DNA of 64,000 nt from Clostridia bacterium (GTDB taxonomy: Bacteria > Bacillota > Clostridia > Christensenellales > CAG-138), in contig JAFZRT010000015.1 of the NCBI GenBank assembly GCA_017619735.1, forward strand, positions 64,357 to 128,356, written 5' to 3'. Shown in pieces: positions 55,442 to 64,000 of the stretch. Both the position numbers and the translations under genes were made by a program. Below the pieces are notes generated by a model that had not been told where the DNA came from, ran no database searches, and saw only the letters and a program-made list of their open reading frames with translations. Positions within the stretch are counted from its first letter, which is position 1; every line of letters starts with the position of its first letter.

Positions 55442-56773
55442 ATGACCGAGGGGAAGATAGCCCCTCAGCTCATCACTTTTGCCGTGCCGCTCCTCCTCGG
55501 GAACATTCTTCAGCAGCTATACAATACGGTGGACACTTGGGTCGTGGGCAATTACGTCAGCGACTCGGCTTTTTCCGCGGTCGGTAACGTCGGCCCGATA
55601 ATCAATCTTCTGATAGGTTTCTTCATGGGCCTTTCGACCGGCGCGGGAGTGGTGATAAGCCAGTACTACGGCGCCAAGCAGGAGGACAAGGTCCGCTCCG
55701 CCGTGCACACGGCCGTGAGCATGACGCTGATACTCGGCGCGCTGTTCACATTCATCGGTATTATAATGGTGCCGACCATGCTCGGCTTTATGCGCATGCC
55801 GTCGGACGAGATCCACAAAGCGGCGGCGCGCTATCTGACGATCTACTTCTCCGGCATGATGTCGCTCACCATGTACAACATGGGCTCCGGTATACTCCGC
55901 GCGGTCGGCGATTCGCTGCGGCCCTTCTACTTCCTCGCTGTGTCGGCGGTGACGAACACCGTGCTCGATCTCGTTTTCGTGCTCGTGTTCGGCATGGGCG
56001 TCGAGGGCGTGGCGCTCGCGACGGTGCTCGCGCAGACGCTTTCCGCCGTGCTGATCCTGATCACCCTCTCCCGCATAGACAACTGCTGCCGGCTGAACCT
56101 GAAGGAGCTGAAGCTGCATTTCGATATCCTCGGCAAGATACTCAAGATCGGCATACCCGCCGCTCTGCAGATGGCGATAACGTCGTTCTCCAACATATTC
56201 GTTCAGCGCTACATCAATTTCTTCGGCGACGACTGCATGGGCGGATGGACGGCCTATTCCAAGATAGACACTTTCCTGCTCCTGCCGATGCAGTCCATAT
56301 CCCTCGCCTCCACCACATTCGTCGGTCAGAACCTCGGCGTGAATCAGGTCGACCGTGCGAGAAAGGGCGTGCGTACCGCGATGCTGCTCTCCATCGGGAG
56401 CATGCTGATACTTATGGCGCCGGTGCTGATATTCGCGGAGCCGCTCGTCACGTTCTTCAACGACAACCCGAACATAGTCAAAAACGGCGCGCTGTTCCTG
56501 CGGCTTATGAGCCCGTTCTACGTGTTCTGCTGCATAAATCAGATATACGCCGGGGCTCTGCGCGGCGCCGGCGATTCGAGAGCGCCGATGTTCATAATGG
56601 TCGGCTGCTTCGTCGTTTTCAGGCAGATCTACCTGTACATCATGGCGAATTACCTCGGCAACCCGATGCTCGGTATCGTGTTCGGGTACCCCGCGGGATG
56701 GCTGCTCTGCAGTCTGACGACGTTCCTGTATTTCCGGTTCAGTCACTGGGAAAAGCACAGGATAGTAAGCTGA
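55442..56773 (+). CDS. MATE-family efflux transporter
   Basis: I moved the start to MTEGKIAPQLITFAVPLLLGNILQQLYNTVD (a typical MATE N-terminus). The protein is 12-TM-like. Confidence 0.85.
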   Translation: MTEGKIAPQLITFAVPLLLGNILQQLYNTVDTWVVGNYVSDSAFSAVGNVGPIINLLIGFFMGLSTGAGVVISQYYGAKQEDKVRSAVHTAVSMTLILGALFTFIGIIMVPTMLGFMRMPSDEIHKAAARYLTIYFSGMMSLTMYNMGSGILRAVGDSLRPFYFLAVSAVTNTVLDLVFVLVFGMGVEGVALATVLAQTLSAVLILITLSRIDNCCRLNLKELKLHFDILGKILKIGIPAALQMAITSFSNIFVQRYINFFGDDCMGGWTAYSKIDTFLLLPMQSISLASTTFVGQNLGVNQVDRARKGVRTAMLLSIGSMLILMAPVLIFAEPLVTFFNDNPNIVKNGALFLRLMSPFYVFCCINQIYAGALRGAGDSRAPMFIMVGCFVVFRQIYLYIMANYLGNPMLGIVFGYPAGWLLCSLTTFLYFRFSHWEKHRIVS

Positions 56774-56807
56774 AAGTCAATTTCGCATCACTTTTGGAGG
56801 AAGCTTT

Positions 56808-57629
56808 ATGAACGTTTCTGCCGATCACGTATCGACCGTTTCCATGCTGTGCATGGGTGCCGCGGGGCTGCTCGCGTTGCTTATACCCTTTGCGCTGCTC
56901 ATCTATTTCAGAAAAAAGAAGGACGCCGATATCGTCCCGTTCATCGCAGGCGCGGCCGTATTCGTGCTGTTCGCGCTGATACTCGAGGGCGGTATTAACT
57001 ACGCGGTCTCGCGGACGAGCTTCTTCGAAAAGCTGCAGAATAACGTCTGGCTCTACGCCGCTTACGGCGGGCTCATGGCGGGCATTTTCGAGGAGTTCGG
57101 CAGACTGTTCGCGTTCAAGGTCCTGCTGAAGAAGCGCATGGGCAACGACGCGAACGCGCTCATGTACGGCGCGGGTCACGGCGGCATGGAGGCGATACTC
57201 GTTTTCGGCGTCACTATGGGCGTCAACATCGTCCTCTCCCTCCTCATCAACTCCGGCAACATTGGGGCGGTCTTCTCCGACATGCCTAAGGAGATCGCGC
57301 CGCAGGTCGAAAAAATGCTCGGCGAGCTCTGCTCGAATCCCGGATGGGCATACGGGCTCGGCCTTATCGAGCGGATCATCTCTATCGCCGCGCATATCGG
57401 TCTGTCTGTCATCGTGTGGTTCTCCGTCAAAAGGAAAAAGCCCGCACTGTTCATACTCGCGCTGCTCCTGCACGCCGCTATGGATTTTATCACCGCGGTA
57501 TGCACGCAGAAGCTCGAGCTTTCCGCTCTGAAGACCGAAGTGGTGCTGCTCGTGTGCGCCGCCGCGATCTGCCTGACAGCGTTTGTCGTTTGGAAGGGCT
57601 GCCGTGAAAAGGATACTGCCGAAGTATAA
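56808..57629 (+). CDS. YhfC-family intramembrane metalloprotease-like protein
   Basis: Polytopic membrane protein with the EEFGR motif (GIFEEFGRLFAFK) and downstream HGG and HAAMD motifs, as in the YhfC/CPBP-type families. Confidence 0.65.
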   Translation: MNVSADHVSTVSMLCMGAAGLLALLIPFALLIYFRKKKDADIVPFIAGAAVFVLFALILEGGINYAVSRTSFFEKLQNNVWLYAAYGGLMAGIFEEFGRLFAFKVLLKKRMGNDANALMYGAGHGGMEAILVFGVTMGVNIVLSLLINSGNIGAVFSDMPKEIAPQVEKMLGELCSNPGWAYGLGLIERIISIAAHIGLSVIVWFSVKRKKPALFILALLLHAAMDFITAVCTQKLELSALKTEVVLLVCAAAICLTAFVVWKGCREKDTAEV

Positions 57630-57638
57630 ACCGATAAG

Positions 57639-57668
57639 CAAAAAGCGGAGGCGCCGCCTCCGCTTTTT
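57639..57668. terminator. Bidirectional terminator between the yhfC-like gene and the SEC-C gene
   Basis: AAAGCGGAGG, loop cgccg, CCTCCGCTTT. It is flanked by A5 on one side and T6 on the other. Confidence 0.75.
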
Positions 57669-57677
57669 TGTGTCGTT

Positions 57678-58187
57678 TCAGTCCGCGAGCCTGCCGCAGC
57701 ACTTCTTGTACTTCTTTCCGCTGCCGCAGGGGCAGGGATCGTTGGGGCCGACCTTCTTTTCGGCGACGAAGACCTTGGAGGCCTTCCACTCCTTCAGTAT
57801 CTCGGCGCGCCTTTCGGCTGTCAGGACCTCATCCCATTCGGGGAGCTCGTAAAGCCAGGGGGCCTTCGCCTCATACATGTTGAAGAGGAGCTTTTCGTAG
57901 TCGATATCGAGGGTGATCTCGGTATCGTGGTCGATGCTGCCGATGTCGAGCTCGGTATTCAGGCTGCTGTTGATGCCGTCGAGGAAGCCGATGAAGCGGG
58001 TATGATCCCACTCAAAGCCGTCCGCAAGGGTGTCGAAGGTGCCGAAATACGTAGTCTCGTGGTCGGAGAGGAGCACGCGGTATAGCTCCTTTTCCTGCTC
58101 GAAATACTGTTCCCAGAAGAGGTCGTTGTCCTTCTTCGAGCGGGAGGGATCCTGCGCGAGATCAAGCCATTCCTGATAAATGCTCAT
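57678..58187 (-). CDS. SEC-C motif domain protein
   Basis: The C-terminal [14 protein letters not shown] is the SecA-C-terminal-type zinc motif. The rest of the protein is acidic and unassigned. Confidence 0.7.
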   Translation of the reverse strand: MSIYQEWLDLAQDPSRSKKDNDLFWEQYFEQEKELYRVLLSDHETTYFGTFDTLADGFEWDHTRFIGFLDGINSSLNTELDIGSIDHDTEITLDIDYEKLLFNMYEAKAPWLYELPEWDEVLTAERRAEILKEWKASKVFVAEKKVGPNDPCPCGSGKKYKKCCGRLAD

Positions 58188-58222
58188 TCTGTCGAACCCG
58201 CCCCGAAAGGGGCGTCCTCCAA

Positions 58223-59437
58223 TCAGGCGAGGAGCTTCTCAAGATTCTCTTTGATCTTGAGTATGAAGCCCTCGGTGGTCTCGATATGCTTGTCCTCCAT
58301 GTCGGAGAGCAGCGCGAGGTCCTTGGTCATATGACCGCTCTCGATGGTCTCGAGGGAGGCCTTTTCGAGCATGTCGGCAAAGTGCATGAGCTCGGGCAGA
58401 CCGTCCTTCTCGCCCCTCTTCCTGAGGGCGCCGCTCCACGCGAATATGGTCGCCATGGAGTTGGTGGAGGTGGTCTCGCCGGCCATGTGCTTGTAATAGT
58501 GCTTCGTTACGGTGCCGTGAGCGGCTTCGTACTCATAGTTGCCGTCCGGGGAAACGAGCACGGAGGTCATCATGGCGAGGGAACCGAAGGCGGTGGCGAC
58601 CATGTCGCTCATAACGTCGCCGTCGTAGTTCTTGAGAGCCCAGATGAAGCCGCCGTTCGAGCGGATGACGCGGGCGACAGCATCGTCGATGAGGGTGTAG
58701 AAATAGGTGATGCCGAGCTCGTCGAACTGGGGCTTGTACTCCTCGTCGAAGATCTTCTGGAAGATATCCTTGAAGGTGTGGTCGTACTTCTTGGAGATGG
58801 TGTCCTTCGTGGAGAACCAGAGATCCTGCTTGGTGGCGATGGCGTACTGGAAGCAGGCGCGGGCGAAGCTTTCGATGGAATCGTCCTTATTGTACATGCC
58901 CATGAAGACGCCGGGGCACTTGAAATCGAACACGGTCTCATCGCAGAGGACGTTGCCTTCCGCATCGGTGAACTTGATCTCCGCCTTGCCGGGGCCGGGT
59001 ACGCGGAACTCGGTATCCTTATAGATATCGCCGTACGCGTGACGGGCGATGGTGATGGGCTTAGACCAGCTCCTTACGGAGGGCTTCAGGCAGTCCATGG
59101 TGATGGGGGCGCGGAAAACGGTGCCGTCGAGTATGGCGCGGATAGTGCCGTTCGGGCTCTTGTACATCTTCTTGAGGTTGTACTCCGTCATGCGCTGCGC
59201 GTTCGGGGTGATGGTGGCGCACTTGACGCCAACGCCGTACTTCTTGCAGGCGTTGGCGGCCTCGATCGTGATCTGATCGTCGGTCTCATCCCTCTTGACG
59301 AGGCCGAGATCGTAATACTCGGTCTTGAGGTCAACGAAGGGGAGGATCAGATGCTCTTTGAGCATCGCCCAGATGATGCGGGTCATTTCGTCGCCGTCCA
59401 TCTCTACGAGGGGGGTCTTCATTTGGATTTTGGCCAT
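58223..59437 (-). CDS. icd: NADP-dependent isocitrate dehydrogenase (homodimeric, subfamily II-like)
   Basis: 404 aa. The N-terminus [17 protein letters not shown] and the overall sequence resemble eukaryote-type IDH. Confidence 0.95.
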   Translation of the reverse strand: MAKIQMKTPLVEMDGDEMTRIIWAMLKEHLILPFVDLKTEYYDLGLVKRDETDDQITIEAANACKKYGVGVKCATITPNAQRMTEYNLKKMYKSPNGTIRAILDGTVFRAPITMDCLKPSVRSWSKPITIARHAYGDIYKDTEFRVPGPGKAEIKFTDAEGNVLCDETVFDFKCPGVFMGMYNKDDSIESFARACFQYAIATKQDLWFSTKDTISKKYDHTFKDIFQKIFDEEYKPQFDELGITYFYTLIDDAVARVIRSNGGFIWALKNYDGDVMSDMVATAFGSLAMMTSVLVSPDGNYEYEAAHGTVTKHYYKHMAGETTSTNSMATIFAWSGALRKRGEKDGLPELMHFADMLEKASLETIESGHMTKDLALLSDMEDKHIETTEGFILKIKENLEKLLA

Positions 59438-59532
59438 GATAAAGAAATCTCCTTTTCAAAAGCGATAATGATTGGCTGTTCGGTTTTATGAGCCGGCGGA
59501 GCTGGCGCCGCGCCGCTCAAGCGGGGAGAAGC

Positions 59533-60000
59533 TTACGCTTCGGGGATGAGGGGAAGCTCGGAGGTGCAGTGGGGGCACCTGGTGGCGTCGTCCGCGATCT
59601 CGGACTTGCAGTACGGGCACTTGCGGGCGGGCTTTGCGGGCTCCTCTTCCTTCTTGCCGATCTCCTTGAGCTTGTTGATGCCCTTCACGACGAAGAAGAG
59701 GATGACGGCGATGAGAATGAAGTTGATAATGACGCCGATGAGTTTGCCGTAGGTGAGGATGTTCGCGCCGACCTCGGTGGCCTCAGAAGCGGTCATGCCC
59801 TCCTTAAAGCCCTCGCTGGCCTTAAGAAGGATGTACTTCTCGTTGAGGGTGGTGGTCTTGAAGATAAGACCGATGAGGGGCATGAACACGTCGTTAACGA
59901 GGGATGTGACGATCGCGCCGAACGCGCCGCCGATGATGACGCCGATGGCCATGTCCATCACGTTGCCCTTGAGAGCAAACTTTTTGAATTCTTTGAACAT
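59533..60000 (-). CDS. mscL: Large-conductance mechanosensitive channel with a C-terminal zinc-ribbon tail
   Basis: MFKEFKKFALKGNVMDMAIGVIIGGAFG is the MscL signature. The C-terminus is KCPYCKSEIADDATRCPHCTSEL (CxxC-N11-CxxC). Confidence 0.9.
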   Translation of the reverse strand: MFKEFKKFALKGNVMDMAIGVIIGGAFGAIVTSLVNDVFMPLIGLIFKTTTLNEKYILLKASEGFKEGMTASEATEVGANILTYGKLIGVIINFILIAVILFFVVKGINKLKEIGKKEEEPAKPARKCPYCKSEIADDATRCPHCTSELPLIPEA

Positions 60001-60078
60001 AGTTTTACACCTCCGTTTTTGGTCAAGTATATCTTATACCACTTTGCCATATTTTTCAATACGGAAAAAGAATATAAA

Positions 60079-60231
60079 TTATAGCGCGAGCAGTATCGCC
60101 GAGAGCGCAGACACGGCGCAGAGCAGCGCCGCGCCGACCGCCGCCGACCTCTGCCGCGTCCTTGCGCAGTGCACAAGATACGCACCGCTGTAAACGAAGG
60201 CGAGGATATCGCAGACCCAGACGAACGCCAT
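60079..60231 (-). CDS. Small two-TM membrane protein (50 aa), candidate accessory subunit of the germinant receptor
   Basis: Not in the ORF track (below the 60-aa cut-off). My translation is MAFVWVCDILAFVYSGAYLVHCARTRQRSAAVGAALLCAVSALSAILLAL. Its ATG (60231-60229) directly abuts the TAA of the gerC-type gene (60234-60232), and its codons are GC3-rich. Confidence 0.4.
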   Translation of the reverse strand: MAFVWVCDILAFVYSGAYLVHCARTRQRSAAVGAALLCAVSALSAILLAL

Positions 60232-61455
60232 TTACTGCATATCCTCCTCTATGTATTTTTCGACGTTGAGCACCGTCACGATAAACTCCGGCTCGAAGGC
60301 GGGATATCGATCCTTCCATGCGAACGCCTCCCATTCCGCGGGCGTCTTCATCAGCTTCGAGGCCTCCGTGCCGAACCGCATCGCGTCGCTCGAGGCGCCG
60401 CGGCAGATGAGGAAAACCGCCTTAAGGCGCTCCTCGCAGTACGAGCGGAAGCTGCCTTTGAGCCACGCATCGGCCTCCTCCGAGGAGATCCTTTCATCCT
60501 TCTGACGGACGCCCGCCTTGAGCGTCACATCGACGATGACGCGGAAAGCGCCGTCCGGCGTGAAACAGGCCGTTCGTTTATGTCCGCCGGGCGATATGCC
60601 GACCGATATCGCCGTGCCCTCCGCCTCTCCCCCGCCCGTGTAGACGAGGTCGACCACGGCGGTCCTCAGCTCGCCCAGACTGACGTTGAGCCAGAGCGTC
60701 TCCTCCCTCGTGAGCGTCCCCGTCATGCGCCAGCCGGAGAACAGCGCCGCGCCGTTCACGAACGATTTGAGGCCGCCGACCCTGTCGCCCTTCTGCGCGT
60801 CCTCAAGCGGGTCCCCGCCCTCGCTCTCCGCCTTCTTCTGCTCCATGTCGGTTATGAGTTCTCCGTCGTAGCCGCCCAGCGCGGAGCTGTAATCGAACCT
60901 GCCCTCCGAGCAGGCCTCTATCAAACGGGATACGCTCATGAGCGTATCCATGCCCGTCTTCTCCTTGTCGAGCATAAGCGCGGTCTGCAGCTTTGTTATG
61001 TTAGCGTCGTTGTTCGCGAAAAGCCCGCCGATGAACTCATACGCCTCGTTCTCCGCGACTATCACGACCGCGGAGGTGCGTATCTTCAGCGTATCGAAGG
61101 ATGTGGTGACGAGCTCGCGGAGAGCTCCCGCTTCAGCCGGCTCTCTGCCCATCACAATAAAGCCCGTGCGGCTGAAATTGAGCGAATAAGGGATATTGCC
61201 CTCGATCTCGCCGACCGCCTCGAATATGCTGTCGGCCTCGCACGCGAGGGTGATCGCCCCGCCCTCCCCGGAGGTGTTCTGCTCCGAAAGCTCCCTCTGA
61301 AGGGCGAACGTGTAATAGTATTTCTTTTCGACGCCGCTGTCGACGCCTATTGAGATGACGTACCCGTACGCGTCGAGCGAAACGGGCGACAGGCACCCCG
61401 CGAGACTCAAAAGGAGCACCGCCGTTATCAGTATCAGTCCCATTGCTTTTTTCAC
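60232..61455 (-). CDS. Ger(x)C-family spore germination lipoprotein (germinant receptor C subunit)
   Basis: Lipobox LSLAGC, 407 aa, third gene of an A-B-C ordered ger operon. Overlaps the B subunit gene by 4 nt. Confidence 0.85.
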   Translation of the reverse strand: MKKAMGLILITAVLLLSLAGCLSPVSLDAYGYVISIGVDSGVEKKYYYTFALQRELSEQNTSGEGGAITLACEADSIFEAVGEIEGNIPYSLNFSRTGFIVMGREPAEAGALRELVTTSFDTLKIRTSAVVIVAENEAYEFIGGLFANNDANITKLQTALMLDKEKTGMDTLMSVSRLIEACSEGRFDYSSALGGYDGELITDMEQKKAESEGGDPLEDAQKGDRVGGLKSFVNGAALFSGWRMTGTLTREETLWLNVSLGELRTAVVDLVYTGGGEAEGTAISVGISPGGHKRTACFTPDGAFRVIVDVTLKAGVRQKDERISSEEADAWLKGSFRSYCEERLKAVFLICRGASSDAMRFGTEASKLMKTPAEWEAFAWKDRYPAFEPEFIVTVLNVEKYIEEDMQ

Positions 61456-62543
61456 TCTTTCTCCCTTCTGCGAAAGCGCGGTATCGCGAGCACGGCCGGC
61501 GCCGCCGCGGCAAGCCAGCCGTATTTCTTAACGGCGGAATCGACCCGGCTCACGGAAGCGAAATCCCTCAGCACGCCGAACATCACAGTAAACAGCAGCG
61601 CCGCCGAAAGCGCCGCCACGGCGGGCGTCACGTCCCGCATGGCGAAAGTCCCCGCGAAGAGGCGCGAAGCGGCGTAAATGCAGTATGCGGCGGATATCAC
61701 GGCGCCGTTGAGCCAGACCATTATGAATAGCTTGTCGAGCCGCAGCGCGTAGCTTTGGGCAAGGCTCAGGAAATTGATGCGGTAGAGCGGCATGAGCAGG
61801 CCCGAAAGCACCCTGTACGGGTAGACGAGGCCTATCGCGAGCTGAACCGCGCAGGCGGCGAAAGCCGCGGCGGCAGCCGAAACCGCCGCTGTCTTTCCGG
61901 CGTTTTCGGCGCCGTTCAATCCGCTGCCGCAGACGGTGAGCGCGGCGAGCGGCGGGATGAACATCAGCGTTTCAGACGCGGTGAATGAGACGAAAGAACC
62001 GGTGCCGCCGGAGTACAGCGGATACAGGCGGTATGTCTCGAAACTCGGCGCGGCGGAGATCGCCGCGGCGGCAACGGACAGTGCGATGAAGCCCGTGAAT
62101 ATCACGGCAAGGCGGCCTATGCTCTCGAAGCCCTTCCATGCGATGAACACCGTGACGGGGATCACGAATGAGAGTATCGCCGGATACGATACGCCGTCGT
62201 AGACAAGGCGGTGCAGGACCTCCGTGAAGTTTATGAGCGGCCTCGCGGCGCAGTAAACGAGCGCGGCGACGAGCGGGAGCGCGGCAGCTGGCGCGAGGAC
62301 TCCGCCCATGGTTTTCCGCATATGCGAGGCAAGGTCGCGGCTGCCCGTTTTTTTCATTGAGCCGACTATGAACAGCACCGGCAACAGCGACACGAGCATC
62401 GACAGCGGTATCGACAGGTAGGTCAGGTTCCCGTTCTCGTATGCGAACGACGGATCCAGCGCGAACACGCCGCACGAGAAGAGCGTCAGCGCGGAAACGG
62501 ATATCCCCTCCGCCCATCCTATCCTGCCCTCGTTCATCCTCAT
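61452..62543 (-). CDS. Spore germination protein, B subunit (GerAB/amino-acid-permease-like)
   Basis: 363 aa, about 10 TM helices, located between the A and C subunit genes. Confidence 0.8.
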   Translation of the reverse strand: MRMNEGRIGWAEGISVSALTLFSCGVFALDPSFAYENGNLTYLSIPLSMLVSLLPVLFIVGSMKKTGSRDLASHMRKTMGGVLAPAAALPLVAALVYCAARPLINFTEVLHRLVYDGVSYPAILSFVIPVTVFIAWKGFESIGRLAVIFTGFIALSVAAAAISAAPSFETYRLYPLYSGGTGSFVSFTASETLMFIPPLAALTVCGSGLNGAENAGKTAAVSAAAAAFAACAVQLAIGLVYPYRVLSGLLMPLYRINFLSLAQSYALRLDKLFIMVWLNGAVISAAYCIYAASRLFAGTFAMRDVTPAVAALSAALLFTVMFGVLRDFASVSRVDSAVKKYGWLAAAAPAVLAIPRFRRREKE

Positions 62544-64000
62544 TGCTCGCGCCTCCTTATCCTTCGGTCATAAGCGGTGTTGAGCTCGTCGTCCGCCGCC
62601 TGCCCGGAAAGCGGCCCGCGCAGGACGAGCGGCTTTGTGCGGAACGTCCTCGGCGCGAACGGGGCGAGGAACGGCACGCCGAAGCTCTTGAGCCCCGCCG
62701 CGTGAGCGACGGCCAGCAGCGCCGCCGCGACTATGCCGAGCAGCCCGCCGAGCCATGCGGCTATCACAATCGCGAGCCGCAGATACGACGCCGCGATCTG
62801 CGTCGGATAATCGGGCACGCAGAAATTGCCGAGACCGGACGCCGCGACAATGATAAGCACCACAGAGCTTGCGAGGTTCGCCGTGACAGCCGCCTGACCC
62901 ATTACGAGGCCGCCTATTATGCCTATCGCCTGACCTATGCTGCCGGGGACCCTCTGCCCCGCCTCGCGTATCATCTGGAAGATGAGGAGGAGTATGAGCA
63001 TCTCGACGCCTATCGGCTCGAACACCATTCGGCGGGAGGCGATTACCGTCGAGAGCACCTCCGTCGACAGCACGCCCTGATGGTACAGCGCCAGAGCAAG
63101 GAAATACCCGGGCAGCAGCACCGAAACGACCGCTCCCGTGAAGCGTACGACGCGCAGCACCGTGCCGAGCGGACGCCGCATGTAGATATCCTCCGGGCTG
63201 TCCATGAGCGTAAAGAATGTCACGGGCAGTATCAGCGCCTGCGGGCAGCCGTCGAGTATTATGCAGACGCGCCCGCGCATAACGTGGAGCGCAGCCCTGT
63301 CCGGCCGCTCGGTCGAGAGCATCTGCGGTATCGGCGAAAGCGGGCAGTCCTCCGTCATCTGCTCCAGCATGCCGCTCGATGTGACTGCGGCGAGGTCGAC
63401 CCCGTCGAGCCGCCGTTCGACCTCCGCGAGCAGGCGTTCGTCCGTCACGCCGCGCCGCCATATCACAGCGAGCTTGACGTTGTTGCGCCCGCCCGAAGCA
63501 CGCTGACGGACGACGAGATCCGGCACGCAGAGTATGCGGCGTATCAGCGTGATGTTCGTCCTGAGCGATTCGGTGAAGCCCTCCTTCGGGCCGCGCACGA
63601 CCTGCTCGTTCTCGGCCTTCTCCACGGCGCGCTTTTCGAATCCGCGCGTCTCCGAGAGTATGCATTCCCTTTGGCCCTCTATGAATACAGCCGTCATGCC
63701 GCCCAACACGCTGTCGAGCGCGAGGGAAAGATCCCGCTCCGTCGCGGACTCCGCGATCTCGACCGCGCCGTTCAGAAGGGCCTTCGGGTCTGTATCCGTT
63801 CCCTCGAGGCGTATCAGCGGGCGCAGCAGGAATTCGTTAACCTTCGCGTCGTCCGCCATGCCGTTCATGAACACGACGAGCGCGGGCGTCCTCCCCGCGA
63901 TGAGGAAGCGCCTCATGATGAGATCGTGATCGACGTCCGACGAAAAGCGCCGCTCAAGCTCCTTTTGCAGCTTTTCTATGGAACGCGGTATCCTTTCGGG
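62540..64000 (-). CDS. Spore germination protein, A subunit (GerAA/GerKA family); 5' end beyond the window
   Basis: The conserved GerA C-terminal membrane domain is present (FQMIREAGQRVPGSIGQAIGIIGGLVMGQAAV). The reading frame stays open upstream of the tracked Met at 63916 to the window edge (...PERIPRSIEKLQKELERRFSSDVDHDLIMRRF), so the gene is truncated by the window. Confidence 0.85.
   Translation of the reverse strand, partial: PERIPRSIEKLQKELERRFSSDVDHDLIMRRFLIAGRTPALVVFMNGMADDAKVNEFLLRPLIRLEGTDTDPKALLNGAVEIAESATERDLSLALDSVLGGMTAVFIEGQRECILSETRGFEKRAVEKAENEQVVRGPKEGFTESLRTNITLIRRILCVPDLVVRQRASGGRNNVKLAVIWRRGVTDERLLAEVERRLDGVDLAAVTSSGMLEQMTEDCPLSPIPQMLSTERPDRAALHVMRGRVCIILDGCPQALILPVTFFTLMDSPEDIYMRRPLGTVLRVVRFTGAVVSVLLPGYFLALALYHQGVLSTEVLSTVIASRRMVFEPIGVEMLILLLIFQMIREAGQRVPGSIGQAIGIIGGLVMGQAAVTANLASSVVLIIVAASGLGNFCVPDYPTQIAASYLRLAIVIAAWLGGLLGIVAAALLAVAHAAGLKSFGVPFLAPFAPRTFRTKPLVLRGPLSGQAADDELNTAYDRRIRRREQ

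Noticed and set aside
58188-58222. GC hairpin (CGCCCC-tttc-GGGGCG) between icd and the SEC-C gene, considered as a terminator.
   Set aside because: No U-run follows on the transcribed (minus) strand, and the SEC-C start is only 35 nt downstream. Read-through co-transcription seems as likely, so I did not call it a feature.
62568-63665. 365-aa same-strand alternate-frame ORF inside the gerA-type gene (Arg/Ala/Gly-rich).
   Set aside because: The other frame encodes the conserved GerA membrane domain. The alternate frame has no start context and is low-complexity.

Overview
GC-rich chromosomal segment with strong G/C third-position bias. It most likely comes from a spore-forming Firmicute of the Clostridia: it carries cwlD, a gerA-type germinant receptor operon, a dockerin-bearing secreted protein and the nadD-yqeK-rsfS gene order. 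I call about 60 protein-coding genes. I found no rRNA or tRNA genes, no CRISPR array, and no transposase, integrase or phage genes.

The content is mostly housekeeping:
- Cell wall: glmM, ddl-murF, two S11-type DD-carboxypeptidase homologues, cwlD.
- Polyamine uptake: an XRE/cupin regulator followed by potABCD.
- Histidine degradation: a tetrahydrofolate-dependent operon (hutH-hutU-formimidoyltransferase-hutI-cyclodeaminase) with folD and a GntR regulator nearby.
- Translation and replication: asnS, hisS, mnmA, dnaX, rsfS, obg, nth.
- Central metabolism: phosphoglucomutase, icd, deoC.
- Stress and transport: hslO, mscL, a MATE efflux pump.
- Germination: a gerA/B/C-type operon that runs off the right edge of the window.

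Many long ORFs in the supplied track are antisense or alternate-frame artefacts of the high GC content, and I did not call them.

I found no clear-cut novel multi-gene system such as a defence island. The observations most worth follow-up are:
1. An S11 DD-carboxypeptidase homologue next to cwlD whose SxxK and SxN catalytic motifs are visibly degenerate.
2. An ECF sigma / anti-sigma / serpin-lipoprotein gene string.
3. A patatin-like lipase and a DUF2284 protein packed behind ddl-murF.
4. A dockerin-tagged HExxH protein between folD and the hut operon.
5. A 66-aa HMA (CxxC) protein whose stop overlaps the mnmA start.
6. A four-gene overlapping operon: methyltransferase, Hsp33, TPR protein, THUMP methyltransferase.
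7. An untracked 50-aa two-helix membrane ORF abutting the gerC-type stop codon.
8. Repeated CTAAAC-N5-GTTTAG dyads in front of the polyamine regulon.

All family assignments rest on motifs I recognised by eye. No database search was run.
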